From NCBI RefSeq assembly GCF_001194135.2, contig NC_068982.1:25916831-25980830 (forward strand): DNA of 64,000 nucleotides, given 5' to 3'. The notes beneath the pieces were generated by a model. It had not been told where the DNA came from. It was given only the letters and a program-made list of their open reading frames with translations, and searched no databases. Position 1 is the stretch's first letter; each line of letters starts with the position of its first letter. The translations under genes and the position numbers were made by a program. The stretch comes from Octopus bimaculoides (Eukaryota). Below are positions 27,650-40,133 of the stretch, piece by piece.

Positions 27650-29477
27650 CGCGTGCACATGTCTTCATATCAGCAGCAGTTGTTTCAAAATGTTATCATC
27701 ATACAAACAGTATAATCAGTTTCCAATCTTTCATGAAAATATGTCCAGCAACAGGGAAATATAATCCTTGCTTGGTGATACTTGGAAGGACACATGGCCT
27801 AAGAAAATGTGTCTCAATGAATTGCATCTGACCCATGCAAGCAAGGAAAAGTGGATATTGTGATGGTGGTGATTGCAATGATAATGAAGTAAATATAAAA
27901 TTTGAAAGAAATCTCTTTCAAAGAAATAAAAATGAAAAGTAAAAAGGGAAAATTTGAAAATAACAGGACATAAATGAAACAAAGAACATGAATAGTTAAA
28001 TTCTATTTAAAAATCATATTAAGTGCTTTGTTTTCAAATAACACACCACAAAGTGTATGAGTTTATTAAAGGACAGAAGAGTTGTCATAAATAATTAGGA
28101 ATTAGGACCAGAAATAGTTTACAAACAAGTGAAAGATAGTTATTAAGAAATTACTCTGCTATTTTATTCAAATGCACTTCTGATGGAATGTAATATTGTT
28201 TAGTTATGTAATAAAAGGAAATGCATCAAAATGTTTATGAGGTAAATATATGCAAAAATCTACATCTTCACTGTATCCAAATATCATTCTGAAAACAAAA
28301 AAAAAAGCTATAAACTAAATCTAGCATGCTTATAAATAATAATAATCTGGCACCAAACCAACTATTATACATAGAAGGTAAGCTGTAAGGTTTAGTATAT
28401 TTAAATAAACCCCAAAGTATTAATAGTTAGATATTAAATTGACTCCAATGAAAGGATAAAAGGTAAATTTAATCTTCAAAGTCATTTGAAATCAGAGTAT
28501 AGAACAATGAAATAAAATACTTGAAGCAGTGACTCTCAAATGGTGTACTATGGAACACTAGCGTGCCACAAGTTGTAGCTAGGTCTGACACAAAATAATA
28601 TATTTTAGAAAAATGTGAAAAACACAAATTGAAATTCTAAAACTGAAAAAACCTTGCTAATTGTTTCATTTATTGAATAAAAAAGTAAACTTTTTCTGTA
28701 ATTTTAAATTGTTCATAATCTATAATATACAAATACCTGTTATTATTTCATGCATCAATTGCACCAACACATTTCTTTTTGCTTCAAAGTGCAGTGCAAA
28801 TATAAAAATGCTAGGAACCACTACTGTCATGTCTTCTTAGTATTTTACAATTCCATTCACATGTAGGATGCATAATAGGAGTTATAAATCAACCTCAGGT
28901 TAATTAATTCATTTTATTGAACTTAGAATGAGTAAAGGAAAAAGCTGGTCTTTTTAAGATTTCATCTCAAACTATTAAAGGCTCAATACAAGGCAATTTG
29001 TCCAATGTTCTAGTTATGTCCATTATTCTACCATTTGTATTAAACCCTTACCATAAAAATTGACATACTATCAATTGAACAGACTCCAATACATAACTGA
29101 TACTTATTTCACTGACTTTACAATATTAAGGTGAAAGACAAAGCCAAAGGGATTTGAACTTAGAACATAATAGTACATAACTATATATAACTAAACACAG
29201 CACCAAGCATTTTCTTTGGCACTGTACCAATTCTGCCACCCACTGCCCTATACTGCAATACCAGCAACTGAAATCTGCTTCATCTTCCCAAATATAAAAT
29301 ATAGATAAGTAGGACACAAGCATGAAGAAATCTGTGTCGTAACCACTTTATATTTTTTTTAATAGTTATATTTTAAAGAAAGGATGTGACAATCTTGCCT
29401 TTCCAGAGGCATTAACATCTCAGAAAATGATTGAAAGAAGCTAGCCATACTTTATCCCTCTCCTTGCTTCATAAACA

Positions 29478-29515
<38 letters not shown>

Positions 29516-30351
29516 CAGTCCTTCTTTGTTTTATACAGACTGCATACTTAACTGGCACTCGTTTCATCCACTTCAGAGAGAGAGAAGAAAAATTTGACCC
29601 CATGGGAATTTGAATCTTGACTACAAAATGAGATGGCCAAATAGAAAATCAACAAGTTATTTTCTCTGGTACATCATTAATATTTTATCATTTATTGTTA
29701 TTCTTGCTGTTAACTAGAACATAAAATACATTTTAGTACATTAGCAGCTCAATTCCTTGAATTAATCAAACTTAATTCTAGCAATTATGTTCACAGCACC
29801 CCAAAGTGAATAAAAGTCAAAAGTCAGCTCTTGTGAGATAGCAACTGAAATAAATTTTAAAAATACCAAAACTTATCTGCTATCATTACACCTCACAATA
29901 ATAATTACTTAACTCATTAGAAATAATTCATTTTTCTATTTTTGTACTTTACACTGAAATGAAACACTCAACATAACTTAACCCCAAATATTTGTTATTT
30001 AAGGTACAAAAAATGTTAAGGGGATACTTATTTTATAGAGTCTAAGCTGGTTGAAAGGTAGAGTTGAGTGTATCAAGAATTGGGTCCAGAATTTGAAACG
30101 AAATAAATGCCAAAAAGCAAAATGTACAACACTGCACCATATCTAACACTAATAATAATCCTAAGTAATTACTGACAGTTATATAATGCCTATTCATAAG
30201 AGTTACTGAAATATAATCCAAAATATCTGCTGCTATGAAAATTCAATAACAGCCAAACTCAAAAATGTCAAAAAAAAATGCAGTTTAGGAAACCCTTCTG
30301 ATTAAAATTTTGTGGATGGATATTTTATATACCTTTGCCAATTATGTTTGA

Positions 30352-30398
<47 letters not shown>

Positions 30399-31703
30399 AG
30401 CAAAAGTTGAGCGAGTCTGTATAGTGCAAAAATATTTCAGATATGTCACAGTTGCTTCCCTTCGCATCCAGTCGACTAAACTTCTTTCATTTCATTTTTA
30501 TGACTATAAATTATCATGGTAAAATCTGCGGTTGATTTAATTGATTAAAACCCTGAAGGCAATTAATTAAAAAGCTGAAACCAATAAAAAAAAATAGAAA
30601 AATAAATTAATACTTTAAACTTTATCCTAAGTGACAGCACAAATGTCGGTTATTCCTATGACATTGAGCATTCAACAAAAAGTTTTAAACTTTCCCACTC
30701 AATTTATTGTCATTGCATAGAAATAAAATGATATAAGTGGATCGACTTACTGCTATGTTACGCTATTTTAAGAAACACTTAACTGTTGAGTATGCCTACA
30801 GCCATTGTAACGATCACAACTCATAATGTAACTGACAAAGGTACATAACTCTGCAAACCCCTCCGCCATTCACCTGACCAATACCTAATTTTTAACATAG
30901 TTTAGAGGATTAACAAGAGAAAGTACCTAGCTAGTAACTCCACGCTAACTCCAATTTGAAAAATATAACCAGCCAAACCTACCAGAGGGAATATTGGATT
31001 TAAATCAGGTACATGGGCTGGAAGGATAGTTATAAGAATAAGAGTCAAAGTCAAGTAAAATTAACACAAAATGTAACTCAATAATAAATTTGGTCTCAGT
31101 TATTTTTAGCTGCCTCTCGGCACCCCATATTTTATTTTTTTATTATTATTTTTTTACTTTTTCACTTCACCTTCATATCTTAAGGTTCTGAGAAAGAATT
31201 AATGACTTTTTGAGAAAGAATTAATAACTATTAAATTCCTCTAAACTAGGCTGTAACAAGATTAGGAAATACTCCCCAAACACTTAAAAAAATTGTATGC
31301 GAGTGTTTAGAATAAACAATGCAAGTTAATTCATGCATTAACTACAAACAGGTTAAAAAGAGTAATGTGAATAATATGGCTGAGGGGAAGACACCTCAGA
31401 AGAGCATTCTGCATACTAAATATAAATACAGTAAGCTCTCACATATGTAACATAGCAAGTTCTTCAATTAACTGAGACAGTCCTTGCAATTAAAGAGACA
31501 AAAACTCTCTAGAGAGTGTTTAAAATCTAAAAACAAGCAAAGGAGACAACTCCAATAAAATCATGGAAATGGACCTGGCCAACAAGTGAGTGATGAATGT
31601 GATTTGGTCAGGTTACACTTAAAATGAAGCATTTTCAATAATTTCATAACCAACCTCATTATAATCCTTTCTTTATATCTGTGTATGTCATAAATTCAAT
31701 GAA

Positions 31704-31704
<1 letters not shown>

Positions 31705-31777
<73 letters not shown>

Positions 31778-31834
31778 NNNNNNNNNNNNNNNNNNNNNNN
31801 NNNNNNNNNNNNNNNNNNNNNNNNNNNNNNNNNN

Positions 31835-31910
<76 letters not shown>
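31705..31910. repeat. compound (TG)n / gap / (TG)n(TA)n microsatellite
   Basis: Directly visible. It is one of many (TA)n/(CA)n tracts, e.g. 632-690, 13000-13070, 30360-30395, 45371-45409, 57236-57715, 58860-58940. Confidence 0.97.
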
Positions 31911-31915
<5 letters not shown>

Positions 31916-34897
31916 ACCACTGTCTCTACCCACATGCACACTGTGTGTATGTATATGTGTATAAATGGTTGGAAGGATGGATGACTTAGTTTTGCCATCT
32001 GAGTTGGATGTGCTATGCTGAAGGTGTCTAATAAAACCAAAGCATGTCCATTGCTTTCACCACATGGCTTAAGACCAGACACACTCCCTTATTGCATTTC
32101 TATATTTTTTTTTTTTTAACTCTTCCCTTCAAGTGCTTTTAGATTTTATATAATCCTAAAGAGAGTTTTTGTCTACTAACTGCATGGATAATCACAATTA
32201 ATTGAAGTTTTTTTTTTTCACTATATTAAATACGTGAGATATCACTATAAAAGAACATAACGCGGCTGTTGCTTCGTACTTGCAAAACAACAGTCTGTAC
32301 TAGACACTTCCAAGACTTTTAGAAGTGCTCTAAGTAAGATTACCTGCTCGTTTGAATGAACATTGTTCTTGCCACCACACTGTTTAGAACAAAAAGTTGA
32401 CATTCATCAACACTAAAGGTGGGGTAAAGGGGAAAAAATACAAATTTTAACACAACAAATAAAAAGAAAAAGAATAAACAAACATGAGACAATATCAAAC
32501 AATGGCTTTGTTTTTAACAGCAAAATGTCTGCATTCCAGAAAAACTAAGGTATTTTGAATAATTCAGGGGTTTCATATACTGTTGTATCTCAGGAAGGTC
32601 ATTATACCAATAATAAACGTACACACATACTGGTACTATTCCACTTCATTTATTATTAGTCAAGTGGTTAACATTTAACCAATTAACTAATTAATTGTTT
32701 AATCAATGATTAGCCAACTAACTAATAATAAAGTGAAACAAAACCAGGGCACTTGTATAGTATTGGTATAATGACCCTCCCAAGATACAAAACACATTTC
32801 AACATACAAGTTTACATCGAGAATCTTGCAAACCAAATACAAAAACAAAAATTCATATAGTTTTTTTTGAAATTCCATTTATATCAAGGTTGTATATTTA
32901 GAACAGTGAACTTCAAACTTTTCTGTTGTAATTCTATTCAAATCTAGGAATATGAAACAGCCCAATACTTGATTGGTATTTTATTTTGTAAAGCCTCAGA
33001 AAATGAAGGGCAAAGCTGAGTTTAGTGGGATTTGAACTCAGAATGGAGTAAAAGGCTGGAACTCAATACCACAAGGCATATTTGTTCAATTAATGATTCA
33101 GTACCAAGCAGTCAACAGGGGAATGTCTACATTGTTCTTCTAACTGCTAAATACAATAGCCAAATTTTTCTCAAAGGATAATCACAGCTGGAATAACTGA
33201 TCACATGTTTGCTTCATCAAGGCTGAGCAGGATTTAAAACACTAACAAATCAACTTATCATCCATTATAATCTAGCATGGACCCAATCACATTTACAAAT
33301 CAATAAGGGAGTGCCTATAACAATAATGGGCAAGCTGTGGTCCACAGGACTTTCTGAATGGCATGCCTAACCAAAACTTTTTTTGAATTTTTCTAGAACT
33401 GCAGCCCATCTAATAATAAGCCATGTCTCCTGTGTCTCACTTTTCAAATAATGATAACCACAGACTCCTGTCTGATCTATGTAGTCATCCAATCTATGAG
33501 AAATAGCAGGCACATTCCCCTCGGACCACAGTCAATCATCTTAGAAAAGGACAATGGATAATGATGCCCAAGACACTGAAAATAAGTGAGAATGGTCATG
33601 GCTAAAATGTTCAGAGATGGCTTGTGACTTGAAGCAATACAACATTTATTTATAAACATATTAAGTTGTAGACCTGTATGAAACAAGTGTAACTAAATGG
33701 GTTATCTACATACGTTATGAATCAAAACTATACATTTTGGATATATTTATAAAGTTTTCTCATGATTTGATATTAAAGAGAAAGAGAATCAAAAATCAAC
33801 AGTGTGTGTGTGTGTGTGCATGCAAATATAGGTGAATATGTACGTAATATGATTGTGAGCAGCATACATGCTGTGTGAAAGCATGCAGGAAGTGCTCATG
33901 AGTAGAGGATAAACTCTCCCTCTCAGTCATCACTGACAATCAGTTATGACTCGAAAGCAGGAATGATCTTCTTTCTAATGCATCATGCCTATACTTTTGT
34001 TTTAGGAACTCATTTGGCCATGAGTAGATGGTCATCCTCTCAACCCTCACACCCTGATCCAATGGAACATCAAAGATGCAACTGCTGGTGAGAGAGAGAG
34101 AGCGCTAGAACTAACAAGTAGCTGGAAGTAAGATTTATTTGTATATGTTGTATTGTACTGAGCTCTCTTGTCACTTCAACTACTTTACTAACATTGTTTT
34201 ATATGGATGTGTGTCTGGTACAGATGTGCAATATGAATGGTCTCATCAACTTTTAGCAAAAATATACATTATATATACACACACATACATGCATATAAAT
34301 ATATAAACAATATGCAATTTTCTTTGATCTTATAAGAGCAATATACAACAGGTAGTTATTTTGTTTGTTTGTTGTTTTTTATATCTATTTATATATCTTA
34401 TNNNNNNNNNNNNNNNNNNNNNNNNNNNNNNNNNNNATATATATATATATATATATAAAACAGAAAAATAATATTAGATAAGAAACATTTTGCTCCATTG
34501 GAGACAGTAAGTTAAAGACAAACATGGAAGATCATTCACCATTTGTACAGAATGAAGATAAAAAAGAAATACAGAAACAGGTTGCAGATTTACAGGGACT
34601 AGTGAGAGAGAGAGAGAGAGCGCAAAGAAATGAGAGAGTGAAGTAAGGAAAAAGAGAGAGAGAGAAAAGCAGCAGCACTGAAAGTGAAGTGAAAGAGGAG
34701 AGGCAGTGATGATAGCATCAGAGAGATAGAATATGGAAGGAGAAAGGCCATAATACATGGGATATATATATCAGCTTATTCCGTGCTGGAAAATTCAATT
34801 TATTTAATCACGAAAGGTTTCAAGGAAAAAAGAAATTTTTTATATCTATAAAATGATTTCTTCCTTGGAACCTAGAAAGAAAAACCAAATTACTTAC

Positions 34898-35101
34898 ATT
34901 TTCCATATATTCTGTAAGTAAGTCTTGTAATGCCTGTCGTACAGCATTGCACTCCTGTATGATCTTTTCGCGTCGATCATTCCGGGTGCAAGAAGAATCT
35001 GCTAAGATGGCTGCACCACTAACAATACTCTCCAAACGTTCTTCCAAAGACGGCCGGCTGTGAACTTCGTTATAGGCCAGAGGATCCATTATGAGTTTTT
35101 G
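34898..35101 (-). CDS. CTNNA: alpha-catenin coding exon 7 (QKLIMDP...RPSLEERLESI...TEYMEN; 204 nt)
   Basis: Acceptor cctttcag, donor AAT|GTAAGT. Strongly conserved M-domain sequence. Confidence 0.96.
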
Positions 35102-36221
35102 CTGAAAGGATGGAAATGTAATCAAATCAAAACATAGAAATTAATTATTAATTTAGAAAAGATATCCCAAAAGAATTTTTTTCTTTTTTTTAAATTTTTA
35201 TTGCCTTGAAAAGCCAAACTGACCTCTGTGCAATTTGAATTCAGAACATTTCATACCAAGATCAAACTTTCTTTTTGATCCCTCTAGGTATGATAAAATA
35301 GGTATTGGTCAGAAACAGATAAAAAATTTGCTTTGCAACCATGTAGTTCCATCTTACATCCCATTCTACACTATATTGGGTAAGAGTCTTCAAATTCAGC
35401 CAGAGACTCCGCAATGCCTTCAGAGTAAAGTTTGAAAGCCAAAAACTGTGTAGATGTCCATGTGCATGTGTGTGTATGTGTGTATATTTACATATATATA
35501 TATTTGTATATATATTGTCAGGGTATGCGATAGAGTGCTTAAGCTCAGACTAGTCCTGTAGAACAGCACAACGACAATTATCTCTAACTACGCCCCACAA
35601 GTGGGCCTACCAAATGATCAGGAGGACCATTTTTATGATGCCCTACTACAGGCTACCTCAAAAACAAGTGGCAATAAGATGTACCAAGTGTAAGTTATGG
35701 ACACATAAGAGGTGCAGCAACATCAAAGGAAGATTAACCTAGTTTAAAAAAAAAAAAAAGCTACAATCCTGAAATGAATTGAGAAATCCTTCACAATGTT
35801 TGTTTGATCAATGTTTCAAGGCCTCTCAATCTCATCTCCACTAATGAAGAGATAGCAGCAATGCATTATTGCTTTGTTTTCCAAGTAGGCAGCAAGAGTT
35901 CATAGGAATGGATGTGGATGACTGAAACCCTAACATCAGGATTTTAAAATTTGTTTTACAGTTAACATCAGGTTTTTCCATAATTTATTGTGTTGTGTAC
36001 ATCTGTGTAAAATATTGTGTGTTGTACATCTGTTAACTTTTAGCTTGTATTTTTTCATATACATAGCTTCCAGAAACACTATTGTTCGAAACTAAAATAT
36101 AGAGGACTAATGAAAAACCATGAATAAAAAAAGACTAACTTCAAACAGTAAGATCAATATATATATATATATATATATATAATGAATATAAAGACAGAGG
36201 GAGAATATGAGCAATACATAC

Positions 36222-36395
36222 ATCTAATTCATCGAGAGCAGCAGCTAGTTCTCCCTGATGTTCATAAGGATGGACATCAGAAACACCAGCTGCCTGTGCA
36301 ACATCAGAGATTAAATTCACTGCATCACACATCTGCTTACAGGCGAAATCACGATTCTCTCGGGCTGCAGAAAGTTCTGGATGTCGCACATAAGC
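36222..36395 (-). CDS. CTNNA: alpha-catenin coding exon 6 (AYVRHPE...AAALDELD; 174 nt)
   Basis: Acceptor catttcag, donor GAT|GTATGT. Confidence 0.94.
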
Positions 36396-37124
36396 CTGAA
36401 ATGGACAGATAAAAGATATGTATATCTGCATATATATGGCAGGTTACTGCAATATTGTTCTTTGTCATAGGTTTTAAAGAGAAACTAATCCCCACCTTAC
36501 TGACTTTCATCAATTTTACTGTTTCTCAATGGTGCCTGTCAAGTGCTAGAAATAGCTATAAAATCTCTTCAATCACACCCTAATACTGTTGAAAATGGAA
36601 GGATACATTGGAGAATGTAGTTGAGAAAAAAATGATAATCTCAACCTAACTGAAAAGTCTTATAGGTCTAATCTTTCAAGAAATCAAGTCTCTTGTTAGC
36701 TTCTTATCTCCCCTTTCCTTCATGTTTACAGTTTTCTCTTAGGTAAATAGATTTCAACCTCTGTATTTCAAATAATTTTTTAAATCAAGAATTTAGTGAC
36801 TTTAGGAAAATAACTTCTCCATTATTACACTGTTTTAAATATTACTTTACAAAAGATTCAATAAAATTATGAGATAGATAAGATTTAATAAATTTAAAAC
36901 AATTATAAATACTTCAAACAGAACACATGGAATCTATTTTATGATAAATGATTACACAAGCATCAAACGTACCATCGAGGTAAAATATACTTAACACCAT
37001 TTTCTTTATCTTGCTCTCTAACTCATTAACAAATCAAGTATAAGCAAACTTCACACCAAGGTAGTCAATCAATCATGACAAATTTCACATATTATAATTC
37101 AAAAAATAATTAACAAAATATTAC

Positions 37125-37214
37125 CTTAGAAGTGGTCAAAAGCATCATACTGTTCTTCTTTAGCACAGCACGGGCAGCAGCCAAGTCGTCTCTACGTCGT
37201 GGGTCTTTTAAATC
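37125..37214 (-). CDS. CTNNA: alpha-catenin coding exon 5 (DLKDPRRRDD...LLTTSK; 90 nt)
   Basis: Acceptor ctttaag, donor AAG|GTAATA. AAARAVLKKN motif. Confidence 0.93.
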
Positions 37215-38036
37215 CTTAAAGAGTATAACAAACAATATCATTATAGTGAGGTCATTTTTAGTGTGAATGTTTAAATAATGCAAATTCAGTCTAGAAGACA
37301 TGAGCACTTTCAGACAAATATACACAAGATGGACTTTTAGTTTCTGCCAATCAAATTTACTCACATACAACAGATTCAACAATGAAGAGAATATAATATA
37401 TTCAAACTGTCCCATAGGATTAACCACTACATGTGAGAGGGTGCATTATTGGTCTCATCCAGCCAGAAACATAGTATATCTAGAACAACAGATCTGTGGG
37501 TGACAGTAGTTTGACTGACAACCTGTGTACTAATGGTCAGTTAAATCAGAGCTGATCTAGAATAGCACAATATTTATAAAATTACATGTCAACACAACAA
37601 GAAGCAAATGCAGACATTTTTCATTAGTAATTTTTCAATGAGATGAAATGACAACTAATGGCCTCTCTCTCTCTATTTTCTTTGCATAATAACCATAAAT
37701 CAAACATTATATCCGCAGTGAAGTCAAGAAAGGTTTCCTTTTCCAACCTTTCAGTTATTTAGCACTATTGTCAAGCCAATGAAATTACTGTGTACTTGCT
37801 TGACTGGGTAGAAATAGCAGCCAAATCCTTCAGTCATATCCTACTAACTTAAAAACTGAAAGTACATCAGATGATGTCACCCCAGAAGCCCTGTCTGGAA
37901 TACAGGTAAGCTGGTCATGACTTGACTGCCATCAATGAAAGGTGTACTGGATCAGGAATTGCCATGTTACAAGAACAACAGTGTAAAATATAAAAGTGCA
38001 GTGCCATTACAAAGTTTCAGAAGTGAATATACTCAC

Positions 38037-38156
38037 AGCTTGTCTTTTCGCTGCCCTATCCGACAGCTGTTGAACACTTTTCCCAAAGTCATCAAAACTG
38101 GCTAAAAGTTCATGTTGACTGCTGGCATTCTTTATACGATCCAAATCATTTTCAAC
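38037..38156 (-). CDS. CTNNA: alpha-catenin coding exon 4 (VENDLDRIKN...AAKRQA; 120 nt)
   Basis: Acceptor ttaacccag, donor GCT|GTGAGT, phase 0-0. Confidence 0.93.
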
Positions 38157-38927
38157 CTGGGTTAAAATAAGACAAGTGTTAAAAGATATTTGTTTCAAAC
38201 TTTTGAAAATTTTTTTCTATATACATACAGAAGAGGTTGATTTCTAAATTTTATTTTCCTTTCCTAAGAACATGAATAACAGAAAATAAATGAAGGAAAA
38301 TAATTCAAGCAGGCCACTGGTATGATTTGATTTTAAATGAATAAATTAAAGCGTAATGCATTGAATAACGTATGTTAAAAATCTAACAATTGAAATTTTC
38401 CACATTGGTTTTTTTTTTCTTTTAATCTTTTGTCAAGAGGTAAAGTAGTGCTCATGACACTGTACAGAACTACAAGACTGGTGGGAGGGAGAATTAAGGG
38501 CACTTTCAAACCAGAGACTTGGTGTAAATGCTTTCAATAGAGTGGACTCAGCAAATGTACCCAAGGTGGTAGACAATCCAGGTGATGGTTTAAATCTACT
38601 GTTAAGTAGGCCACACAATTGGAAAAAATACCCTAAGATAACCAGTTCAAAGGTTTTAGTTTCACCAATTCACTCCCCTGGATAGGTATTTTTAATATAC
38701 ATCTGAAGGGATAAAAAGCAAAATTGACGTTGGCAAGGTTTGAACTTAGAGTACATAGCATCAGAACAAATACTGTGAGGCCTTATGTTCTAATGATATT
38801 TGGAGAAAGGGTGTTGGATCTCTTAAAATGTTTTGCCACAGTCTTTTGATATCTTTGAGAGATCCAACACCCTGAGATGAAATTTCATTTCTATATGGAA
38901 AAAATTAAACAGGAAATTTAGACTTGC

Positions 38928-39094
38928 ATGATGTAAAGTCTTCAGAAGATGATTCACATCAGACATATCTGCCAAGATTAGAAGACGAGTCACTGCTGAG
39001 AGAAGTCCTCTAGCTGCAAGAACCATAGCACTTCGTTTGGCGGAAGAACAAGGATCATTAGCAAATTCTTGAGAGGCTCTTCCCATTTCATCAC
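38928..39094 (-). CDS. CTNNA: alpha-catenin coding exon 3 (G-DEMGRASQEF...LLKTLHH; 167 nt), ending at a GC donor
   Basis: Acceptor ttctag, DPCSSAKR...RGLLSAVTRLLILADM motif. The only donor giving a full-length in-frame join is CAT|GCAAGT. Confidence 0.9.
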
Positions 39095-40133
39095 CTAGAA
39101 TGGAAATCATATTAAAACCACTTAATATAAGAACTGTGTCTAGAGAAATGATATCTAATGAAGATAACTTGTAAATCAAATATCAATGCAAGAAGTAATC
39201 TAGATCCAATAAACTAGAAATGCTTCAATTACCATTTTGCTTCGGACAATGTCATGCATAGAGATTCTAAAGTTTATTAAAACAGAGAAAAAAAAAATTA
39301 ACATATGACACATCGACTATCAAGCCAAATCAAATGTTTAGATTAATGGGCTTCTCTTTCTCCTCTCTCTATGAACAAACTTGATCAGAAGCATTTCAGC
39401 CATGACCATCCCATCATTTTTAGAACACTGTATATCTTATATATATTACACAACATCACTTTTAAGACAGGCTGCTATTTCTAGCAAATCTAGAAACCCA
39501 TGTAGAGGCTACAAACTCTGGTTGGTACACTTTCTACAGATATATGACAAGTATTTGGTAAAATGAGGAATTCAATTTGATTTTCAAGCTTTTAACTACA
39601 CCATTGTTTATTGAGGGCAAGAAAAGAAAACATTCAGCACTGAATTTTGTCAAGAGGAATTTGGCCACTACTTTGAGCATACCTAATAGTTACATGGAAG
39701 ACCACCATAGCATTTGAGTAAATGTTTGGCTTTCATCTTTCAGAAATATGCCAGTATATGGTCTTACCGATACAAAATGCATTGTTGTAAATAACATTTA
39801 TATGGATATACAACAGTTACCAAGAGGCCACATGCAAATGGACTAAATTATTACTGGATCTATAAACAATGTACAAGTGATATAATTGAAGATTTAGTAC
39901 ATAAAGAGCAAAATGAATAATAGATTTCATAGAATTTAAAAAACTTCAATTGAATAACACTTCAACATTATTTTATTAGACATGAAATAGTAATTTAATA
40001 ATAGCTTATTAAACTAGATAATTCGATTCTTTCGTCACTATCTTGTTAAGCCTTTGCCTGTTCAAAGCATTCATAAATTTGACCTAAAAGTTCAAGCTTG
40101 CTTTCAAACCTTTAGTTAGCCCTTCTTTCATAT

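Noticed and set aside
28527-28823. Second hAT-like MITE (cagtgactctcaaa ... gctaggaaccact)
   Set aside because: The TIRs are degenerate and no 8-bp TSD is visible, so it is too weak to call.
32174-32186. TACTAAC immediately followed by TGCATG (branch point plus RBFOX motifs)
   Set aside because: It is on the plus strand, antisense to the gene, with no plus-strand exon identifiable.
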